Positions 1 through 8,946 are shown, numbered from the stretch's first letter. The stretch is DNA of 32,000 bases from Candidatus Saccharimonadota bacterium (GCA_965231145.1 OZ246420.1:450001-482000), one strand, 5' to 3'. Made by a program: numbers and translations. Notes: a model not told the origin generated them from the sequence alone.

Positions 1-84
1 CTCGACATGTCCTCCATGCCCAAAAGTACCGTCGACATATACTTTTCGGTCGACAGGCATAGAAGCAAGAGTCTCTTTCGCCAT
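1..84 (-). CDS. rsmH: 16S rRNA m4C1402 methyltransferase RsmH, first 28 codons only (gene runs off the window)
   Basis: The minus-strand ATG at 82-84 reads MAKETLASMPVDRKVYVDGTFGHGGHVE. VDGTFGxGGH is the N-terminal SAM-binding motif of RsmH/MraW. Confidence 0.55.
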   Translation of the reverse strand, partial: MAKETLASMPVDRKVYVDGTFGHGGHVE

Positions 85-133
85 AACTGGCTGGTGACGT
101 AACATAAGGCTAACTAACTTATAAAGTTGTAGA

Positions 134-196
134 GCAATTGGCAGCTAGCAGTTAGCATATCCCCTGCTAGTTGCTACCTGCTATAATCTACCTGCC
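134..196. repeat. Word-repeat imperfect palindrome (family A)
   Basis: Sequence is gcaattggcagctagcagttagca..tgctagttgctacctgctataatctacctgcc. The 17-mer gcaattggcagctagca (134-150) recurs exactly, inverted, at 19584-19600. The 14-mer tgctataatctacc (179-192) recurs at 24800-24813. Confidence 0.6.
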
Positions 197-237
197 ATAT
201 TAGTGAAATAAGGCTCAAAAACCACTATAAGTTACAA

Positions 238-265
238 TTGACTTAGATAAGCCGCTCAGTACAAT
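238..265 (+). promoter_or_regulatory. Sigma70-like promoter P1 (TTGACT-N16-TACAAT)
   Basis: TTGACT lies at 238-243 and TACAAT at 260-265. Promoter and leader are near-duplicates of those at 773-866. Confidence 0.6.
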
Positions 266-272
266 TTAACCC

Positions 273-286
273 TGTCGATCTCGACA
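273..286. promoter_or_regulatory. Perfect palindrome TGTCGATCTCGACA just downstream of the -10; candidate operator
   Basis: The 14-nt dyad sits right after the P1 -10. The equivalent position after P2 (808-821) carries TGTCAATATCGACA. Confidence 0.3.
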
Positions 287-325
287 AGCGTCATTAAAAA
301 TTAATCACAAATCTAAACACATTTT

Positions 326-703
326 ATGAAAAAAGCATTCTTATTGTTTGCAGCAAGCTTACTAACTACTACATGCGCTGTAGCCGCAAAACGCATCACA
401 GTGGATGCGGCTATGAAGCAAATCGCATCTGTTCTTCCGCAGCAGGGACCATCTACAAAATGGCTCTACATTGAAGCGGGTAAAGAGACCTGTAAAGTGT
501 TCAATAGCACAGACGGTCATACTCATGAATTTACCCTTTCTCATGTCGTATGGAAATACGATGAATTGACAGGGAAAATACAGAAAAACACTTCTGTATC
601 TAAGAAAGCGGCTCGTACTATCCGGCGTTTTTGTCGTGATATAAGCGAAAACGACTATTCCGTCGAGTATGTCTCTAAAGCGCAGGCTGAATGTATGAAC
701 TAA
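326..703 (+). CDS. Small secreted orphan protein (125 aa)
   Basis: Intact ORF with N-terminal signal peptide MKKAFLLFAASLLTTTCAVAA and a TAA stop. It has its own promoter and terminator, and I recognise no family. Confidence 0.7.
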   Translation: MKKAFLLFAASLLTTTCAVAAKRITVDAAMKQIASVLPQQGPSTKWLYIEAGKETCKVFNSTDGHTHEFTLSHVVWKYDELTGKIQKNTSVSKKAARTIRRFCRDISENDYSVEYVSKAQAECMN

Positions 704-720
704 TGCTAATATATTATCAA

Positions 721-750
721 TCAGCCGGTCCTCCGGCTGATTTTTCTTTT
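721..750 (+). terminator. Rho-independent terminator
   Basis: Hairpin tcagccgg-tcc-tccggctga followed by a T-run. Confidence 0.8.
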
Positions 751-772
751 CTAAAAGAAAAACCAGTTATCA

Positions 773-800
773 TTGACTTATATTGCTGGCTCCGTACAAT
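773..800 (+). promoter_or_regulatory. Sigma70-like promoter P2 (TTGACT-N16-TACAAT)
   Basis: TTGACT lies at 773-778 and TACAAT at 795-800. The leader is homologous to the P1 leader and includes the dyad at 808-821. Confidence 0.6.
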
Positions 801-866
801 TTACTCCTGTCAATATCGACACGTTCATTAACATTTATCACGAATCAAAAACACCAAACAATTACA

Positions 867-1793
867 ATGAAAAAAACACTATTGTTGCTCGTTTTCGCCT
901 TTGCGCTTTGTTCTAATACTGCTACAGCGCAGCAGGACTCTCTGCTTGATATTATGAGGGGGAGAATGAAAGAATATAAAGACTCTACTTACACCATCGA
1001 AGTTTCGCCGCAAACGGCTGACTTCATGCAATTGCTGACGGCTATTACGTTGGCTGGCGATGTGCCTCCCAAAATAAATTACTTCTTACAGCCTAGTAGT
1101 TCAACACGATTTATTATTGTGCCCCGTATGTTCAAATACCCAGCATTCATAGGCGCTGATTATTATGAGTGTGATTATCGGTACGGTCAGCTAAAGTGGC
1201 ATTACAACATGCATAACCAATCATGTGAAAATGTTACTATTCGTGTGAAAAGCGGTAATAGGTATACGCAGCGCGGTCAGGTGCTTGATATACAGGAGGG
1301 CCTCTACTCTTTGCTTGAGGACGTTAAACATAAACGTTTATACGAAATTCCTGTTATAGACGTTCGCAAGAAGAGTGAGTTGGAAATACTCCCTTCACCA
1401 GTCTTTACTTTTTTGGAACCTGAATACTTTAAGTATGATAGTGTCTTGGGCTTCTATAGCACCACTGTTCAGCCTGATGTAGAGGGTTCGGCTGAGCTTT
1501 TTCAGCTACTTAACAGCATTACTATGAAAACAAAAGGAAGTATCAGTAAAAATACCTACCAACTTGTTACACCTACGAAAGATATTCCTATTCAGGAGGT
1601 AATAGGAAGTTACTATTATCAGTTCGGAGATATAAGTTGGTATGCAGAACATGGTAAGGTTACTCAAGTACATATCTATACTTCCAATATCTCGAAACTT
1701 ATGGTGGAGGGTATTTTGTATCAGCATGTTCTGTCACTTGTGGCAAACGACATTCAGCAGGACAAATGGACGGTCGACAACCGTAAATTATAA
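867..1793 (+). CDS. Secreted orphan protein (308 aa) with an internal two-fold domain repeat
   Basis: The ATG at 867 gives the signal peptide MKKTLLLLVFAFALCSNTATAQQ; the track ORF starts upstream at a TTG. Two halves share the pattern T.EV.P...F.QLL.AIT ... YY..G..W...V.I. TAA stop. Confidence 0.7.
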   Translation: MKKTLLLLVFAFALCSNTATAQQDSLLDIMRGRMKEYKDSTYTIEVSPQTADFMQLLTAITLAGDVPPKINYFLQPSSSTRFIIVPRMFKYPAFIGADYYECDYRYGQLKWHYNMHNQSCENVTIRVKSGNRYTQRGQVLDIQEGLYSLLEDVKHKRLYEIPVIDVRKKSELEILPSPVFTFLEPEYFKYDSVLGFYSTTVQPDVEGSAELFQLLNSITMKTKGSISKNTYQLVTPTKDIPIQEVIGSYYYQFGDISWYAEHGKVTQVHIYTSNISKLMVEGILYQHVLSLVANDIQQDKWTVDNRKL

Positions 1794-1818
1794 ACATTCC
1801 ATATCATTTCAATAATAG

Positions 1819-1848
1819 ATCAGCTGGGCTTTCCCGGCTGATTTTTTG
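1819..1848 (+). terminator. Rho-independent terminator
   Basis: Hairpin atcagctggg-ctt-cccggctgat followed by tttttt. Confidence 0.75.
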
Positions 1849-1861
1849 TTTGAATCGGGTC

Positions 1862-1889
1862 TTGCTTTGGCTATCAAAACACTTATTAT
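1862..1889 (+). promoter_or_regulatory. Weaker promoter P3 (TTGCTT-N16-TATTAT)
   Basis: It has the same 16-nt spacing as the four TTGACT promoters and lies between the terminator at 1819-1848 and the ATG at 1916. Confidence 0.4.
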
Positions 1890-1915
1890 TCTCTTGTTCA
1901 TCAAATGTAGATCAT

Positions 1916-2059
1916 ATGGAAAAAGAATCACTCGTCATTGAAATTAAGAATCATCCCTCCTATTTGCTGGATGTTCATGGTACATATGAGTACCTTATGG
2001 GTTTGGATATAACCAAGCTTCAGGAGATAGTAGCTGAGCAAAAACAGAAGGCAACATAA
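1916..2059 (+). CDS. Very small orphan ORF (47 aa from the ATG)
   Basis: Reads MEKESLVIEIKNHPSYLLDVHGTYEYLMGLDITKLQEIVAEQKQKAT. It is bracketed by promoter-like and terminator-like signals, which is the only support for it. Confidence 0.35.
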   Translation: MEKESLVIEIKNHPSYLLDVHGTYEYLMGLDITKLQEIVAEQKQKAT

Positions 2060-2071
2060 GAGAAAAAGGAC

Positions 2072-2100
2072 GCAACCGAGCATCTGCCGGTTGTTTTTCT
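2072..2100 (+). terminator. Rho-independent terminator
   Basis: Stem caaccg ... cggttg followed by ttttt. Confidence 0.6.
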
Positions 2101-2137
2101 TTATCGGATAAAACGCGGACTTTATCAAAAGCTCTGC

Positions 2138-2165
2138 TTGACTTCCTTGTTTTCGTAAGTATTAT
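2138..2165 (+). promoter_or_regulatory. Sigma70-like promoter P4 (TTGACT-N16-TATTAT)
   Basis: TTGACT lies at 2138-2143 and TATTAT at 2160-2165. The leader carries the hairpin cgtca-N10-tgacg and then a CA-rich tract up to the ATG. Confidence 0.55.
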
Positions 2166-2237
2166 TACTTGCGTCAGCCGTATTGGTGACGTTGAACCTT
2201 AAAAATCATTACAACAAACAGATTAAATCAACATTTT

Positions 2238-3023
2238 ATGAGAAAAATCACAAACAGGACCTTTCTAGTTTCGGAAGAAAAAAAGGAAACTTTACATGTA
2301 TTTACTGTGGGAGATAAGAAATTTTGTCTTCATCAAGTTTTGCGTGAAGAGTCGGGTGAGAGCATAATAATCAATAATATCTATATTGTACCGTACGAGT
2401 TTGAGTGCAGTTTTAAGTCATTGTATGTATTCTTGGAAGTCGCTCAGCCCACATCCTATTTGTCTATCGTGGGCAAAGATGATAAAAGCATTACTGCGAT
2501 TGGTCGTGGCTTCGAAAACTATGATGCGTATAAGACTTTTTCTGAAAAAATGAAGATAAAACCTTCATCAGAGGAAGCATATCAATTCTTTGACGCACTT
2601 GAAGGTACTAACAAGATTTTGTTCGCAATGATGATTGCGGACTTACCTGATGAAATGATAGTTCCTTTCCAGCCAGCAGATAGTGTGCCCGTTTCCCCAA
2701 AGCCTCCACTTGATACGCCAGTTTCATTTGAAGTATTGCTTAAAGCATATAATCACAAACCTGATTCAACACTTCTAATGAACATAAGCTATCACCTTGC
2801 TTATTCTGATAAGGGAGATGTCACCTATGATGTCCTGAAATATGCTCATTCTGATGTTCTTCAGGTAGCGTTCAACTGGGTTAACCCGCCCCGTCTTACT
2901 CCTGAAGAAATAGTGAAAATATGTCAAACTCGCAGGGATGAAACAATAACAAGGCATGCCCTGGCCAGTAATCGGCTTGATCCGAGCCAAGCAAATATAG
3001 TATATGCGCTTCTATCATCTTAA
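2238..3023 (+). CDS. Orphan protein (261 aa), paralogous in part to the 3206-3607 product
   Basis: Intact ORF with a TAA stop. It shares VFTVGDKKFCLHQVLREESGE / ENYDAYKTFSEKMKIKPSSEE with VFMVDSRVYTAEMSILQQEGE / TDYASYAAFCTAHDSKPVEEE of the next cassette. Confidence 0.65.
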   Translation: MRKITNRTFLVSEEKKETLHVFTVGDKKFCLHQVLREESGESIIINNIYIVPYEFECSFKSLYVFLEVAQPTSYLSIVGKDDKSITAIGRGFENYDAYKTFSEKMKIKPSSEEAYQFFDALEGTNKILFAMMIADLPDEMIVPFQPADSVPVSPKPPLDTPVSFEVLLKAYNHKPDSTLLMNISYHLAYSDKGDVTYDVLKYAHSDVLQVAFNWVNPPRLTPEEIVKICQTRRDETITRHALASNRLDPSQANIVYALLSS

Positions 3024-3043
3024 GTGTATATGCTAAATATCTT

Positions 3044-3072
3044 AAAGCCCTGCTATATGCGGGGCTTTTTTT
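3044..3072 (+). terminator. Rho-independent terminator
   Basis: Hairpin aagccctgc-tatat-gcggggctt followed by tttttt. Confidence 0.75.
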
Positions 3073-3108
3073 ACTCGTGAAATACTATTGTTACTATTCT
3101 TTTCTTAT

Positions 3109-3136
3109 TTGACTTTCATAGATCCGCGAGTATAAT
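3109..3136 (+). promoter_or_regulatory. Sigma70-like promoter P5 (TTGACT-N16-TATAAT)
   Basis: TTGACT lies at 3109-3114 and a consensus TATAAT at 3131-3136. The leader hairpin is tcaatag-N9-ctattga. Confidence 0.65.
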
Positions 3137-3205
3137 ATATACAAGTCAATAGTCTAAAAATCTATTGATGACACAAAATCTAAAAACACAAAAACACACA
3201 ATATT

Positions 3206-3607
3206 ATGAACAAACAATTCTCTATTGTTATGCTTACCCCAGGGTTCGCATCAAACAATTTCCGTAAAGATGTTTTTATGGTAGACAGCCGGGTTTACAC
3301 TGCTGAAATGTCAATTCTTCAGCAAGAAGGCGAAATAGTGTGCCATATAAAGCATGAAGGCGTTATTATAATGACTCTCTATTATGCTTCTAAAGAGCAT
3401 GCTATGGAAGCTGCTACTATTACAGACTATGCGAGCTATGCTGCTTTTTGTACAGCGCATGACTCTAAGCCAGTGGAAGAAGAAAAGGGCCTGAAACTCC
3501 TTATGACTAACGGGGTAACTATCCCGCAGCTCATAGAGCTTTTCAATCCTCATCTTACTGATGCTTACTGGGCCGCCTTGGAAGAGGTGAAAGCAAACAT
3601 CAACTAA
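3206..3607 (+). CDS. Orphan protein (133 aa)
   Basis: Intact ORF with a TAA stop, its own promoter and terminator, and partial paralogy to the 2238-3023 product. Confidence 0.65.
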   Translation: MNKQFSIVMLTPGFASNNFRKDVFMVDSRVYTAEMSILQQEGEIVCHIKHEGVIIMTLYYASKEHAMEAATITDYASYAAFCTAHDSKPVEEEKGLKLLMTNGVTIPQLIELFNPHLTDAYWAALEEVKANIN

Positions 3608-3631
3608 TGTACATGCGGTTTCTCGCATGTG

Positions 3632-3663
3632 GTCAGCGGGTTATTATCTGCTGACTTTTTTTG
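3632..3663 (+). terminator. Rho-independent terminator, preceded by a second hairpin at 3611-3630
   Basis: Stem gtcagc ... gctgac followed by ttttttt. Just upstream is acatgcg-gtttct-cgcatgt. Confidence 0.75.
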
Positions 3664-3700
3664 TTATTTAAATCCAACTGGAAATAGATACTCTGTGTGT

Positions 3701-4741
3701 ATGAATTACGAGCGCTTTGAGCAAGCATGAAAGAAAATATTTTTGGTAGATATGAAGCAGGATAAGACGGCTTCTGGTTTTTCGTCGTTGGCTGATGGTG
3801 GGATTCGTAAGATGCTTGCTACAGGTAAGAAAGTATTGATCATTGCCAATAAGAAATGATATGCCACGGGTATGCTGTGCGATGACTGCGGGTATATTCC
3901 CAAATGCGACCACTGTGACATTCCTGTCGCGTTTCATCAAGATGAGAACCAGCATCTGTACGGTATTTGTCATATCTGCAAGAAGCACTACCCTGCATTT
4001 GGCGAATGTCCGCAATGCCGCTGACACAATATTCATCTCTATGGAAAAGGCGTGCAGAAACTGGAGACGATTTTGGGTAAAGAGTTTGGTACGAAGAAGA
4101 TCCTGACGATTGAGTCTGAAACCGCTGGTAGTATGCCGAAGGTAAAAAAGATCTTGCAGCAACTGCCTGAGACACAGATCATTATTGGTACATCTCTCCT
4201 CATGACTCCTCCGGCAGGTCGAAAGCCAGATCTTGTGGTGGTCATGAACGCTGATAGCTCGCTACATATTCCTGACTACAAATCACATGAAAAAGCATTT
4301 TCTACTCTCAAGACGATTATTGATAATTATCCCGATAATATCATTGTCCAATCATATCACGTAGACAATCCCGCGATACGCTTTGCATGCAGCGGTGATA
4401 CGGACGCGTTCCGCGTCCGAGAGGATCAATTTCGCAAAGATCATAGCTATCCTCCATATAGTCAGCTCGCGGTGCTTTTGTTCAAAAATGAGATCGAACA
4501 GAAGATGTTTACGACAGTCAACAAACTCTATCAAGAACTTCTGTTTCTCAATGAGCAGCAAAAAGCCGGCATCGAAATCTATGCGACGCCGCCACTTGTC
4601 TACAAGATGCACGATAAGTACAGATATAACATTGTGCTCAAAGGCAAAGAACTTCGTCCTTTCCTTGACCGTGCATTTGACCAACTCAACATCTTTTGAC
4701 GCGGCTTCAAGATAGACCGGATGCCGGAATCACTGATTTAA
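3701..4741 (+). CDS. priA: Primosomal protein N-prime (PriA), C-terminal piece only (346 aa)
   Basis: Table 25 joins 3701-4051 to track ORF 4052-4699 and reads on to the TAA at 4739-4741. Four in-frame TGAs lie at 3728, 3857, 4022 and 4697. Recognisable features are LVDMK, NKK-G-YA, four CxxC pairs (CDDC, CDHC, CHIC, CPQC), YPPYSQL and a C-terminal KIDRMPESLI. Nothing upstream of LVDM is present here, and there is no Shine-Dalgarno sequence. Confidence 0.75.
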
Positions 4742-4756
4742 ATAATACCTTATTGT

Positions 4757-4784
4757 AGGACAGGATTATTCCTGTCCTTTTTGT
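4757..4784 (+). terminator. Rho-independent terminator
   Basis: Hairpin aggacagg-attatt-cctgtcct followed by ttttt. Confidence 0.75.
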
Positions 4785-4796
4785 TTGAATAAAAAT

Positions 4797-4820
4797 AAAA
4801 AAACCCCGGACATGCCGGGA
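4797..4820 (-). terminator. Probable terminator for the convergent minus-strand gene
   Basis: Short GC hairpin (ccccgg/ccggg) with an A-run on the plus strand, which is a T-run on the minus strand. Confidence 0.45.
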
Positions 4821-4824
4821 GTTA

Positions 4825-5382
4825 CTAATATTTTTCTGCTTTTGTTATGATCCCATCATTACCAACTCCCTGTAGGGAAGTCGAATAATAGATTTCATTA
4901 TCAGCCCCTAGCCAGACGTGTGCCATATAAGGTACGAGTACTTTACAGGCAACATAATTGTCCAATTCAAGTGACTGAAGTTCGTATGGTGTGCCATCAT
5001 AGCCTGCCGATAGTTTCTTGTCAGACTGCTCTACAAAAAACGAGAGTTGTGTATAGCCGTTTTCGGGTGCTTGAGTTTTTTCGTAGTAAACAACTTTACA
5101 TAATGGATTAGTAATCTCATAATACGTAAAGTCGCCTGAACCAGCCCAATAAGGCCCTTCTCTAGATTCTGCTACTCTTTTTTTCATGTAATACCCCATC
5201 CCTTTAACGGCTTTCACTACTTTATTCATGAGGTCTTGTTCTTCAGAACGAATGCCCAATGAAGCCATGCATACTGTTTTTTTATCCTGCATATATTGTA
5301 TAGCTTTGAATGCTAATGCATGAATACGTGCCTGTTCTGGAGTGAGTTTTTCTTGTGGGAATAATGATATATGTGGTGTCAT
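4825..5382 (-). CDS. Orphan protein (185 aa)
   Basis: Intact ORF from ATG to TAG. I recognise no motif. Confidence 0.55.
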   Translation of the reverse strand: MTPHISLFPQEKLTPEQARIHALAFKAIQYMQDKKTVCMASLGIRSEEQDLMNKVVKAVKGMGYYMKKRVAESREGPYWAGSGDFTYYEITNPLCKVVYYEKTQAPENGYTQLSFFVEQSDKKLSAGYDGTPYELQSLELDNYVACKVLVPYMAHVWLGADNEIYYSTSLQGVGNDGIITKAEKY

Positions 5383-5442
5383 AAGAGTTTTATTTTGTTT
5401 GTTGACATTTTATCATTTTTGACCGACAAAGCAATGCAAAAA

Positions 5443-6510
5443 TTAATAATACTGATCGGGAAATCTTGTTCCATCTGTATCGATAATATCTTTTCTTTTT
5501 ATTCCCCCTTTATATTCATAATTTTCCCATTCAGTCAATTTTTTTTCAAAATTTTTCGTTCAAAGATCCCCAGGACTCATTCATATGAGTCTTGTATTTA
5601 TACGAGGGTTGTTGTGATATGCACGGATGAAATCCTCTATGAGAGCCTGTTTCTCTGCATTGCCAGTCTGTCGCCTATCCACATATGCTTTTACATCATC
5701 AATTCCACTGAAATAACAGAAAAACGCCTCGAGAAACCACTGTTGGCTTGAGCCTTCTCCCCGTGAAGGTAACTTTCAAAGCTTTTGTATATGTAATGCT
5801 TCGGATAGTTCATTCAGTATTTCTTGAGGAAGTCACGTAGATCTAATATCTTGTTCCAAAGCATTTTTTAGATGAGAAAAATCTCCAAAGTCATTGACTT
5901 GTGATTCCCAACCATTGTGAATACAAAAGCTATGTGCGTCTCCTAAGGCTCTCTCCTTTGCTTCTTGCTGGGTCAATTTTTCGCCAGCCTGCATAAAATC
6001 ATTACGATAGTAGTCATACATGCTGTTATATGTATTTTTATATTTTACTGCAGTTTTTATAATGTTATTCAATAATCCCGAGAGAGACGCTCTTGAATAT
6101 CCAAGAGATAGTGATCCAAATCTCGGAAACCTTTTATTCCCTTTATTTTGTATATAAAAACCATAGCTGTCTTCTTGCATCTTAGCATTGGTAGTTACTA
6201 TTTCTTTAATCACCCTTGTATATCAGTTTGTATCAACAAGAATCTGTTTAAGTCGATATAGCAGATCTCTTTTTATACCGATTTTTAACAGAGCATAGAT
6301 ATGTGTTCTAGGAAGTCATGTTACTATTAAACTCTGTTCTATTTCCTGTAAAACCCCTGTTATCTTAAGAACAGATTGCAGATTGTCTTTGTTCTTTTTC
6401 AGTAAATTATCTATGTATGGCGAAAATTCTGCAGCATTACCAGAAAATTGAGCTTGTTCAAAAGCTGTCTTTAAGGTGTCATAGGTAAATTTCTCTGATC
6501 AATGCATCAT
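5443..6510 (-). CDS. Orphan protein (355 aa) visible only in table 25
   Basis: Track ORF 5833-6213 extends in frame both ways through 7 TGAs (6499, 6316, 6223, 5833, 5776, 5581, 5560). It runs from the ATG at 6508-6510 to the TAA at 5443-5445. I checked every codon and found no TAA or TAG. Confidence 0.6.
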
Positions 6511-6633
6511 GTTGGAAGATTATACTCATGTGATAATACATGTCAATGTGTTAGACGTAGTAAAAGTCTTCTAGAATTACACAAGCAAATCAATAGTTTA
6601 TAGAACGATTGTTTCATTTTTGTAATTCATTTC

Positions 6634-8931
6634 ATGGATATAAAGCAATATATAAGCGGACAGTTGAACGCAGAGCAGACAGGTGCAGCCCTTCATACTG
6701 ATACATCATCACTCATCCTTGCGGGTGCGGGTTCCGGAAAGACAAGAGTGCTCACCTATAAGATAGCATATCTTTTGTATGAGAAAAAAATAAAACCAGA
6801 CCAGATCTTGGCGGTTACTTTCACCAACAAAGCTGCAAAGGAGATGAAAGAACGTCTTGTGAAAATTTCAGAAGAAATTTCGACAACTCAAAACTCAAAT
6901 CACAAAACTCAAAACTCCCCCGCCGAATCAGTCATGGATTTTGATTCATTGGTTTCTGGAGTTCAGGAGGCTACCTCAGTTGCCTCTTCTTCACTCCCTC
7001 ATTTCAATGCTACTTCATTCAAATGGATAGGAACCTTTCACGGTATGTTTCTTCGTTTTCTTAAAGAAGAGATGAAGCATGCTGAAGGCTTTGGGTATAA
7101 CGGAAGCTTTGGTGTCTATGATGAGCAGGAAGCGCAGTCTGTCATGAAAGATATCATCAAGCAGCTCAAGATGGAAGAAGATGTCGAGCTTAGAGAGGTA
7201 AGATCATTTATTTCAAAACTGAAAAGTCAGGGTATTACTGCGAAGCAGTTTGGTCATGGTAACGATGGCTACGAGCAAACCATGGGTATGATCTATGAGC
7301 TTTATGAAAAAAAACTCAGGGAAAATAATAGTTGTGACTTTGATGATCTGTTGCTCCTTCCCTATCTTATCCTCAAGAAATATCCAGAGATTGCTCAGCG
7401 CTGGCAAAAGAAATTTTCATATATTCTTGTCGATGAGGCGCAGGACACAAACTGGATTCAATTCGAACTCATGAAACTACTGACAGCCGGTGGTAGCAAT
7501 ATCACCTTCATCGGTGATGATTACCAAAGTATTTACCGCTGGCGCGGTGCCGTCATGGAAAACTTCCTCCAGGTAAAAAGGATACGGCCGGATATTGAGA
7601 TCTATAAGCTCCAGACAAATTATCGTTCTCGTCCACACATTGTGAACGCAGGTAATTTCATCATTAAAAATAATAAGAACCAGTACGATAAGACGGTCGT
7701 TCCGCACCGTTCTGGGGAAGAAAAGATTATGATTTTTAACCACGGAGATGAAACTGATGAGGCTATGACACTCATCGATCTTATGAAGAAGATGAAGACT
7801 GATAAAAATAAGTCACGAGCAGACTTCGCTATCCTCTATAGGACGAATGCACAGTCAGCGATCTTTGAGCAGGTGCTTTTGCAGGAAGCTATCCCCTATA
7901 AGGTCTTTGGATGATTTAAGTTCTTTGAAAGAAAAGAAGTAAAAGACATTATCTCATATTTGAAATACTTATTGAATCCCAGAGATACTGTAGGTCTTAA
8001 GAGAATCATCAATACGCCAAAGAGAAAGATATGATCGGATAGCGTTGCTAAACTTGAGGAATATGCGGCTGCGCATGATGTCTTATTGTCAGATGTGGTG
8101 GAACAGATCGACACGCAGCCGGTGACTATCGGGCCTGCGACACAAAAAGCAGTCAGCCAATTTGCAACTTCTATGAAGTTTCTCAGGCAGGCCGCAGCAG
8201 GACTCTCCCCCGCAAAGCTTATAGAGCAGATCGTGAAGACGATCAAATATAGAGACTATTTGATCGATGCAGAAGGTCGTGAAACAGGCGAGGAAAAGTT
8301 TGAAAATATCGGTCAGCTTATCAATATCGCCACAAGATACGACAGCGATGAGGTCGAAGAGCTCCAAAATGGCATGGTGCTTCTGACGCAGTTTCTCGAG
8401 GAAGTGTCGTTGATGACGGATATCGAAGATAATAATGAGTGAGAGTTAGAAGCAGTGAAACTGATGAGTATCCATTCGAGTAAGTGACTGGAGTTTCCTG
8501 TTGTCTTCATCGTAGGCCTGGAAGAAAATATCTTCCCATTGGCAAAGGCAGTGTTTGAGGAAGCTGAGCTTGAAGAGGAAAGACGTCTCATGTATGTTGC
8601 TATCACACGTGCAAAAGACCATCTCTTTATGTCTCATGCAAATAGCCGTAAACAGTGGTGACAAACTAAGTATAACGAGCCATCACGTTTCATTGAAGAG
8701 ATTCCCGAAGAACTGAAGAAAATGTTTGATCTGACTGCGGCGTCAGGAGCCACCAGAGCAACGAGCCGTTATGCGGTACAAACTACCCTCGAAGAAGGCG
8801 ATGTAGTCAAACATAAACTCTTTGGTATGGGTGTGGTCATCGAAGTATGGCGTGACACCGCAGTCGTCAGATTCCAAAACGAAAAGTTCGGTGTCAGAAA
8901 GATAGAAGCAAGATTCTTAGAAAAGAAATAA
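6634..8931 (+). CDS. pcrA: ATP-dependent DNA helicase PcrA/UvrD (765 aa)
   Basis: Track ORFs 6634-7914, 8086-8442 and 8722-8931 share one frame and are joined through TGAs at 7912, 8032, 8440, 8485 and 8659. Motifs seen are [42 protein letters not shown] and YVAITRAK. A low-complexity insert lies at about 6883-7010. Confidence 0.9.
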
Positions 8932-8946
8932 GGAAAAACAGTGACC

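Noticed and set aside
179-187. TGCTATAAT, an extended -10 consensus inside the repeated 14-mer, acting as a plus-strand promoter.
   Set aside because: The second copy (24800-24808) faces no plus-strand gene. The first copy lies upstream of a gene that already has its own TTGACT promoter. It is more likely a coincidental part of the repeat word.
6634-8931. pcrA, and likewise lysS, pepF, miaA, ftsA, smpB, uppS and the DUF4012 gene, looks like a string of pseudogene fragments in the ORF track.
   Set aside because: All fragments of each gene lie in one frame and are interrupted only by TGA, never by TAA, TAG or a frameshift. The TGAs fall on conserved glycines. This is recoding, not decay.
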